Part shown: piece by piece, positions 33,531 to 37,969 of the stretch | How the letters are laid out: the number at the start of each line of letters is the position of its first letter | Numbering within the stretch: the first letter of the stretch is position 1 | Assembly: GCA_003518045.1 (NCBI GenBank) | Contig: DOZK01000021.1 | Coordinates: forward strand, 8,975-46,943 | Origin: Candidatus Nomurabacteria bacterium | GTDB taxonomy: Bacteria > Patescibacteriota > Minisyncoccia > Phycocordibacterales > UBA5272 | Length of the DNA stretch: 37,969 bases | Direction of reading: 5' to 3' | Notes under the pieces: generated by a model | The model's input: only the letters and a program-made list of their open reading frames with translations | What the model was told of the DNA's origin: nothing | Databases searched by the model: none | Program-made: the position numbers and the translations under genes

Positions 33531-34241
33531 CTACTTACAGCCCTCTATTATAACTACAAATTCTCCACGCAAATGATCTTTGTGATTATTAAAATGTTCC
33601 TTAACTTCTTTCGCGCTTCCTCTCACTATTTCTTCATAAATTTTTGTAAGCTCTCTGGCAACAACGACTCTTCTTTTTTCTCCTGCCTCGACGGCGGGTT
33701 GATCTAATATTTCTACTAAAGATTCTAAAGTTTTTTCTATTCTGTGTACTGATTCGTAAAACACAGAAGTCATTTCACTTTCTTTAATTGTTTTAAATAA
33801 TGTTTCTCTTCCTTTTTTGTGTGGCATGAATCCATAAAATGTAAAATTGGAAGATGAGATACCAGATGATGCGAGTGCTGTAATAAGAGCTGACGCTCCA
33901 GGTAAAGCCACAACAGCAACGTCCGGTAATTCATTTCTTACTCTATCAACCAAAAGAACTCCTGGGTCAGAAATAGTTGGAGTACCAGCGTCAGACACTA
34001 ATGCAATAGATTTTCCTTCTTCTAATAAAGCTAAAGATTTCTCAATATTTTTAATTCCTGTTTGTGCATAAAAAATACTTGTTGGAGTATTGATATCATA
34101 TTCTTTAAAAAGACGCTGAGTAACGGAAGTATTTTCGCACAAAACTAAATCCACCTCTTTTAAAATACGAATAGCTCGAAGAGTTATATCTTCAAGATTT
34201 CCAATCGGTGTGGGAATAATATAAAGCGTGCCTGTTATCAT
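33531..34241 (-). CDS. rsmI: 16S rRNA (cytidine1402-2'-O)-methyltransferase
   Basis: YIIPTPIGNLEDITLRAIRILKEVDLVLCENT and VSDAGTPTISDPG blocks; 236 aa. Confidence 0.9.
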   Translation of the reverse strand: MITGTLYIIPTPIGNLEDITLRAIRILKEVDLVLCENTSVTQRLFKEYDINTPTSIFYAQTGIKNIEKSLALLEEGKSIALVSDAGTPTISDPGVLLVDRVRNELPDVAVVALPGASALITALASSGISSSNFTFYGFMPHKKGRETLFKTIKESEMTSVFYESVHRIEKTLESLVEILDQPAVEAGEKRRVVVARELTKIYEEIVRGSAKEVKEHFNNHKDHLRGEFVVIIEGCK

Positions 34242-34248
34242 AAATTAA

Positions 34249-34257
34249 ATACTAGCA
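34249..34257 (-). promoter_or_regulatory. Extended -10 box TGCTAGTAT, 7 nt upstream of the rsmI ATG (leaderless type)
   Basis: Minus strand TTTTTTATGCTAGTATTTAATTTATG; the identical 9-mer precedes murB. Confidence 0.55.
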
Positions 34258-34258
34258 T

Positions 34259-34285
34259 AAAAAATGGCCACGCGGAGGTGGCCAT
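34259..34285 (-). terminator. Intrinsic terminator of the 34307..34642 ORF
   Basis: Minus strand ATGGCCAC-CTCCGC-GTGGCCAT followed by TTTTTT. Confidence 0.75.
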
Positions 34286-34306
34286 CGAACATCCCTGGGA
34301 TGTTGT

Positions 34307-34642
34307 TCATTCAATAAGCTCAAACTGGTCACGTGGGAACCACATACCTCGGAGTTCTGGTGGATGATTGAATTTCACCACGTCAGTGCAATAGCTCGCG
34401 CCTGATGTTCCAGAAAAATTTTTCGGTATATCGTCATGGCGTTCAGATGAAACAAAGACACCATTCTTCATGACATCGAAAGTAGATTCCCCCATAATTA
34501 CTGGGTGGGTGCGCCAAATGCCTTCCCGATATGAAGCAAACATAGGGGTGTGGACGTTCGCTTTCATTCGGACGGTTTTACCGAACCACTCTACTTTGGA
34601 TTTTTGCACGGTACCCAAACCGTTTTGTACTTTGGATTGCAT
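34307..34642 (-). CDS. Hypothetical protein, GC-rich orphan ORF with canonical expression signals
   Basis: 111-aa ORF; perfect SD AAGGAGG 7 nt upstream; TTGACA-17-TAGGGT promoter; own terminator; no motif recognised. Confidence 0.7.
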   Translation of the reverse strand: MQSKVQNGLGTVQKSKVEWFGKTVRMKANVHTPMFASYREGIWRTHPVIMGESTFDVMKNGVFVSSERHDDIPKNFSGTSGASYCTDVVKFNHPPELRGMWFPRDQFELIE

Positions 34643-34649
34643 GGCAATA

Positions 34650-34694
34650 CCTCCTTCTAAAAATTACCCTAACAATTATAAAAAATCTTGTCAA
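34650..34694 (-). promoter_or_regulatory. Promoter plus Shine-Dalgarno of the 34307..34642 ORF
   Basis: Minus strand TTGACA (34689..34694), 17-nt spacer, TAGGGT (34666..34671), AAGGAGG (34650..34656), 7 nt, ATG at 34642. Confidence 0.65.
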
Positions 34695-34695
34695 C

Positions 34696-34728
34696 AAAGA
34701 AAAAGCCCGGGCGGGTGCCACGGGCTTT
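34696..34728 (-). terminator. Intrinsic terminator of the 34747..34947 ORF
   Basis: Minus strand AAAGCCCG-loop-CGGGCTTT followed by TTCTTTG. Confidence 0.7.
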
Positions 34729-34746
34729 GGATTGGGGTTGGAGAAA

Positions 34747-34947
34747 TTACTCTCCGCGACATCCCTCACAAAGAATGTGACTGGGGTAACCAACTTTCGG
34801 AGGTGGTTGAACATCCCTTAATGAGCGAAGAGACATGCCAAGGAAACTTGTCATGATTTTCACTTCTAGTTTTGGGACCCGAATCACTTGTGTGGTAGTC
34901 GGTTCAATCTCCCCGGTTTTTAGTTTTATTTTATCTGTTGCCTGCAT
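34747..34947 (-). CDS. Hypothetical small protein (66 aa), GC-rich
   Basis: ORF bracketed by a structured leader and a strong terminator; no motif recognised; coding status unproven. Confidence 0.45.
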   Translation of the reverse strand: MQATDKIKLKTGEIEPTTTQVIRVPKLEVKIMTSFLGMSLRSLRDVQPPPKVGYPSHILCEGCRGE

Positions 34948-35000
34948 AACTAAAGAACTTCCATTTTAAATGCCGAGACTTGCGCTCGGCTTGAGGATTA

Positions 35001-35034
35001 ACAAAAAATCGGCAACACTTCCTCACGTGTTGTC
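35001..35034 (-). terminator. Hairpin plus U-tract: murB terminator or attenuator in the leader of the small ORF
   Basis: Minus strand GACAACAC-GTGAGGAA-GTGTTGCC then GATTTTTTG. Confidence 0.5.
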
Positions 35035-35043
35035 GACTTCTGT

Positions 35044-35072
35044 ATAATAACATAAAAAGATGACTTTTGCAA
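35044..35072 (-). promoter_or_regulatory. Sigma70-like promoter upstream of the 34747..34947 ORF
   Basis: Minus strand TTGCAA (35067..35072), 17-nt spacer, TATTAT (35044..35049). Confidence 0.45.
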
Positions 35073-35091
35073 ATTATTATTTACATGGGTA

Positions 35092-35123
35092 GACACTGGA
35101 TTCCAACTTTCGTTGGAATGACA
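35092..35123. repeat. Single hairpin-repeat unit
   Basis: GACACTGGATTCCAACTTTCGTTGGAATGACA. Confidence 0.8.
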
Positions 35124-35144
35124 ATACGTGAGTGTTTTGTATTT

Positions 35145-35176
35145 TTTGAATATTTAATATTTCTTCATTGAATATT
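35145..35176 (+). repeat. 32-nt TTGAATATT box, divergent centre
   Basis: TTTGAATATTTAATATTTCTTCATTGAATATT; both ends identical to the 31738..31769 copy. Confidence 0.7.
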
Positions 35177-35190
35177 TTGTCCCCCAACTC

Positions 35191-36246
35191 CTAACTCCTA
35201 ACAAATACAACTTCTCTTTCTAATTTTATACCAGTTTTTTCCTCAACTTTTTTCTGTATATTTGAAGCAAATTCATTTATTTCCTCCGCGTCAGCATTGC
35301 CATAATTTACGATTACAAGGGGTTGATTTGGCCAAGTGCCTACATCTCCCACTTTTAGCCCTTTAGCATCTGCTACATGCTCTATAAGCCACGCAGTAGG
35401 CACTTTATACCCACCCCTGACTTCATGGACCGGCATATCTGGATAAGTCATTTTTAAAGTATCCCATTCTTCTTTTGTGATAATTATATTCTTAAAAAAT
35501 GAGCCAGTATTTGGAAACTTTTTCCAGTCTGGTAATTTTGTGAGACGAGTGGCGATAACTAAATCACGGACGTCTTTTGAGGTTAAACCGGCCTTACCTT
35601 GTAGCGAGTCTAGTGGCTTATATTCGAGTACTGGTTTAAATTCTTTTGTTAAATTTAAAGTGATGGAAATAATAATATATTTACCTGGATTGTGTTTAAA
35701 AAAAGAATCACGATAAGCAAAATCACATTCACTATTTAATAAATCCTTAAACAAATTTGCTTCTATATCAAAAACTCGAATTGAAACTAAAGTATCTTTT
35801 AATTCAACTCCATAGGCTCCTATATTTTGGACAGGTGCTGCCCCAACACTCCCTGGAATATGTGAAAGATTTTCTATTCCCCATAAATTTTGCTCGACAG
35901 AATATTTCACAATGTCATCAAATGTTTCACCTGCAAAAGTAGTTAGAAATACTTCGTTATTCGTTATTCGTTTTTCGTTATTCGTATCAGACCCTCCTTG
36001 TTTCTTGCTTCCTGTATCTTGTATCTTGTATCCAATGATTTCTAATTTTAAGAAAAGATATTTCGAAAGATCTTCGGCAAAGTAGGTATTGGTGCCAGAG
36101 CCGAGTATGTGAATGCGGCGGCCTCCGGCCGCCGCATATTCCACTGCATCCTTCAACTCCTCTTCACTTTTAACCACAACCAAATCCCCCATTCCCCCGA
36201 CGCGAAGTGCTGAGTATTCTTTCATTGAGACTTTCCGAATTTCCAT
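35191..36246 (-). CDS. murB: UDP-N-acetylenolpyruvoylglucosamine reductase
   Basis: 351 aa; ALRVGG, HILGSGTN, GAAPVQNIGAYGVE, NTGSFFKN blocks; contains a low-complexity insert encoded by heptamer repeats. Confidence 0.85.
   Translation of the reverse strand: MEIRKVSMKEYSALRVGGMGDLVVVKSEEELKDAVEYAAAGGRRIHILGSGTNTYFAEDLSKYLFLKLEIIGYKIQDTGSKKQGGSDTNNEKRITNNEVFLTTFAGETFDDIVKYSVEQNLWGIENLSHIPGSVGAAPVQNIGAYGVELKDTLVSIRVFDIEANLFKDLLNSECDFAYRDSFFKHNPGKYIIISITLNLTKEFKPVLEYKPLDSLQGKAGLTSKDVRDLVIATRLTKLPDWKKFPNTGSFFKNIIITKEEWDTLKMTYPDMPVHEVRGGYKVPTAWLIEHVADAKGLKVGDVGTWPNQPLVIVNYGNADAEEINEFASNIQKKVEEKTGIKLEREVVFVRS
35953..36033. repeat. Two heptamer tandem arrays inside murB
   Basis: TTCGTTA TTCGTTA TTCGTTT TTCGTTA TTCGTAT (35953..35987) and TGTATCT TGTATCT TGTATCC (36013..36033). 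Confidence 0.85.
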
Positions 36247-36252
36247 GATTCT

Positions 36253-36261
36253 ATACTAGCA
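36253..36261 (-). promoter_or_regulatory. Extended -10 box TGCTAGTAT, 6 nt upstream of the murB ATG (leaderless type)
   Basis: Minus strand TTTTGCTAGTATAGAATCATG, directly after the terminator hairpin. Confidence 0.55.
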
Positions 36262-36297
36262 AAAGAAAAGCACTTCGTACACGAAATGCTTTTCTTT
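36262..36297 (-). terminator. Intrinsic terminator of the upstream three-gene operon
   Basis: AAAGAAAAGCA.TTCG-loop-CGAA.TGCTTTTCTTT, about 15 bp of stem, ending in a T-rich tract on the minus strand. Confidence 0.6.
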
Positions 36298-36395
36298 ATT
36301 GGATAACACCGCAGTTACAGTTACACAGGATTTGAAAAAAGGTACTTTTGAAATATATTATGGGTTTAGTGAGTGATTAAATAAAAAAATATAAG

Positions 36396-36818
36396 TTAAT
36401 TAAAACAAATACCGTAGGCCCCTGTTTTTAAACATTTTTTTAACAGTATCATCTCTATATTTTGATTTGTTATTTTTTCATCTAAAATATCGTATTTAGA
36501 TACAGATTCTAAATTATTAGAATAAATAAACTGTATATATGACATCAATAAACCCACAACCATTAGTATCAACACGAAAAAACCCAGAAAAACCAGACTA
36601 CTCATACTCTCAATTTTCTTTTCTTGTACTCCAACTTTATATTTAACATCCTTGAGAAGGTCTTTTGCTTCTTCCTTTATATCTTTAACCTCTTGAAGAA
36701 TCTGAATAACTTCTTTTTGTTTTACAGAAATATCAATTAAGGCAAGAGATACATCATTAGAACTAGGGATACTCTCGGAGTTTGTTTGAAAATTAAAATT
36801 ATCACCAATAATAGGCAT
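36396..36818 (-). CDS. Hypothetical coiled-coil protein with one TM helix (start uncertain)
   Basis: ATG at 36818 preceded by AAGGAAG. Longer alternatives (36905, 36929) would overlap the upstream gene. KEVIQILQEVKDIKEEAKDLLKDVK coiled-coil, then LVFLGFFVLILMVVGLLM. Confidence 0.5.
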   Translation of the reverse strand: MPIIGDNFNFQTNSESIPSSNDVSLALIDISVKQKEVIQILQEVKDIKEEAKDLLKDVKYKVGVQEKKIESMSSLVFLGFFVLILMVVGLLMSYIQFIYSNNLESVSKYDILDEKITNQNIEMILLKKCLKTGAYGICFN

Positions 36819-36870
36819 ACTTCCTTTTTTATCTTTAAAAAAGAATTCTTTTAAAGGTGAAATGATTCTA

Positions 36871-37260
36871 CTATAATACTTTTTTAATAACGAGAGTATT
36901 TTCATTTTTGTCAGTAACCACAGAACCATTAACAGTAACTTTAATCCAATAAGTTTCTTCTTTTGTGAATGGAATATTCCTAAAATTTGCTAAAAAATTA
37001 TTTCCACCCTTTCCCTCTATTTTAACCAATCCTTTAGTTGTTGCCATTACTTTATTGTCTGACAATGAAATTATTTCTACTATTTCTTGATATTCTCCAA
37101 CATCACCAGAGATATTAATTAAAACACTAAATTGGGGAAAGACAACGGGAAATCCTTGTGTCTTTATTTCTGAAAATAAATTTATAATACTAACTTTACC
37201 ATCATTAGAAATGATTACACTTTCAGAAATAAAACAACCTTTTAATTTTAGATTCGCCAT
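36871..37260 (-). CDS. Hypothetical protein (129 aa, beta-rich; possibly DUF6941-like)
   Basis: Clean ORF in an operon. The pattern ...GKVSIINLFSEIKTQGFPVVFPQFSVLINI... resembles a DUF I recall only vaguely. Confidence 0.5.
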   Translation of the reverse strand: MANLKLKGCFISESVIISNDGKVSIINLFSEIKTQGFPVVFPQFSVLINISGDVGEYQEIVEIISLSDNKVMATTKGLVKIEGKGGNNFLANFRNIPFTKEETYWIKVTVNGSVVTDKNENTLVIKKVL

Positions 37261-37273
37261 ATTATTTTAATTA

Positions 37274-37543
37274 TTATTTTTTATTTAAGTCAACTATTTG
37301 TATTGGACTTTGAATACCTGGTGACCACTCAGTTTTTATTTCTCCAAAATTTTTCTCGAATTCTTTTATGTTATGACCGAGCGATAACAAAAGACGCTTT
37401 GCATGCTGTGGTGTTAAAGCAAATACTGATAAATTTTGTCCTGATGCTAAAGCTAAAATAACTGTCTCTGGGTTATATCCAATATTTACATTGTCACAAA
37501 ATTGTTTAGGTATTTTATTTAGGTCCATGTCTATATAATACAT
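37274..37543 (-). CDS. DUF3467-like small protein
   Basis: 89 aa; ...VFALTPQHAKRLLLSLGHNIKEFEKNFGEI... matches my memory of the DUF3467 C-terminal block. Confidence 0.55.
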   Translation of the reverse strand: MYYIDMDLNKIPKQFCDNVNIGYNPETVILALASGQNLSVFALTPQHAKRLLLSLGHNIKEFEKNFGEIKTEWSPGIQSPIQIVDLNKK

Positions 37544-37596
37544 TTTTCTAGGTTATTATCAAATAAATTTGATAATACAAAAAATACCTTTTAAAT

Positions 37597-37747
37597 GCGC
37601 GGTCCTGGATTCTCCTACAAGTTTCGTCTCGTCGCCACTCGACGAACTCGCAGTCCGCCTCTCGTGGTTTTGCTTGCTAGCAAAACATCACTGCGACCAT
37701 TCGAATCCAGACGAAAGAGAAGTAGTTCTCTTTCTTCCCGCGCACCA
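37597..37747. other. Highly structured segment built from direct and inverted copies of the tRNA-Ile 3' end
   Basis: GCGCGGTCCTGGATTC (37597..37612) repeats 37783..37798. TTCGAATCCAG...CCGCGCACCA (37700..37747) is the same tRNA 3' end inverted and interrupted by a 27-nt hairpin. Several internal hairpins. Confidence 0.6.
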
Positions 37748-37751
37748 ATTT

Positions 37752-37774
37752 AAAAGCCCCTAATCGGGGCTTTT
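37752..37774 (-). terminator. Terminator hairpin directly after tRNA-Ile (core of a 23-bp perfect inverted repeat, 37738..37788)
   Basis: AAAAGCCCC-TAATC-GGGGCTTTT; the arms extend to CCGCGCACCAATTTAAAAGCCCC / GGGGCTTTTAAATTGGTGCGCGG. Confidence 0.65.
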
Positions 37775-37778
37775 AAAT

Positions 37779-37854
37779 TGGTGCGCGGTCCTGGATTCGA
37801 ACCAGGGACCGCTCGAGTATCAGTCGAGTGCTCTACCAGCTGAGCTAACCGCGC
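37779..37854 (-). tRNA. trnI-GAU: tRNA-Ile (anticodon GAT), CCA encoded
   Basis: Minus-strand cloverleaf GCGCGGT-TA-GCTC-AGCTGGTA-GAGC-A-CTCGA-CTGATAC-TCGAG-CGGTC-CCTGG-TTCGAAT-CCAGG-ACCGCGC-A-CCA. Confidence 0.92.
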
Positions 37855-37969
37855 ATTTTGTTTATTCACTAAAATTTAAAAACGTATGAATTTCTTCTTT
37901 CTAGTCAAAATATACTAACATAAAATAGAGATTTTGGGAATAAGCCACTTGAATTAAACCCTCAACCTA

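Noticed and set aside
34470-34856. Plus-strand 128-aa ORF and minus-strand 78-aa ORF (34578..34814) across the GC-rich region
   Set aside because: They cross two well-formed terminators and the promoter/SD of the 34307..34642 gene. The alternative gene models are supported by expression signals, and these ORFs are not.
186-35123. CRISPR array interpretation of the recurring hairpin repeats
   Set aside because: The copies are scattered over 35 kb in different intergenic regions and in both orientations. They have variable internal sequence and no regular repeat-spacer periodicity, and no cas genes are present.
37597-37747. tmRNA, SRP RNA or an unusual tRNA on either strand
   Set aside because: The segment is too short for tmRNA and lacks the G3:U70 alanine identity pair and a complete T-arm. 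It has no SRP helix-8 motif and no complete cloverleaf. It is kept as an unexplained structured element rather than a named RNA.
37569-37763. 64-aa plus-strand ORF
   Set aside because: It lies entirely within the tRNA-derived palindromic segment. Its GC-rich codons reflect the RNA-like repeats, and there are no start signals.

Overview
AT-rich window (about 30% GC by eye, not computed) of compact bacterial chromosome. Genes are tightly packed and often overlap, many promoters look leaderless, and the intergenic regions carry many GC-richer hairpin repeats. The gene content (LTD/PKD surface protein, T4CP-like ATPase, DUF4015-like hydrolase, COG1373-type ATPase-nuclease, almost no core metabolism) resembles CPR/Patescibacteria, but that is only a guess. 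All calls come from reading the ORF translations and the DNA by eye; no homology search or folding was run.

Layout:
- 331-22891: surface-glycan island. It holds six predicted glycosyltransferases, the dTDP-L-rhamnose operon rmlCBDA, a Wzx-like flippase, a carbamoyltransferase and two methyltransferases. A Fic/HTH gene is embedded near its left end.
- 7433-15418: the most unusual part. An AcpS / FkbH-like / ACP / MaoC-dehydratase / SDR cassette is bracketed by two MBOAT+SGNH pairs. I read this as a probably undescribed Dlt-like system that O-acylates a surface glycan from a carrier-protein-bound glyceryl or lactyl group.
- 22990-25150: tdh-kbl.
- 25151-26971: an AAA+/PD-(D/E)xK gene sitting between duplicated copies of the LTD gene 3' end.
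- 26891-30086: operon of a T4CP-like ATPase and an LTD/PKD surface protein.
- 30546-37854: hicBA, a GHL-type hydrolase, rsmI, murB (with heptamer tandem repeats inside the gene), three GC-rich orphan ORFs with canonical promoter/SD/terminator signals, a three-gene operon of unknown function, and tRNA-Ile(GAU) followed by a structured segment derived from the tRNA 3' end.

Several modular repeat families populate the intergenic regions. An 85-nt direct repeat sits at 1-85 and 30387-30471.
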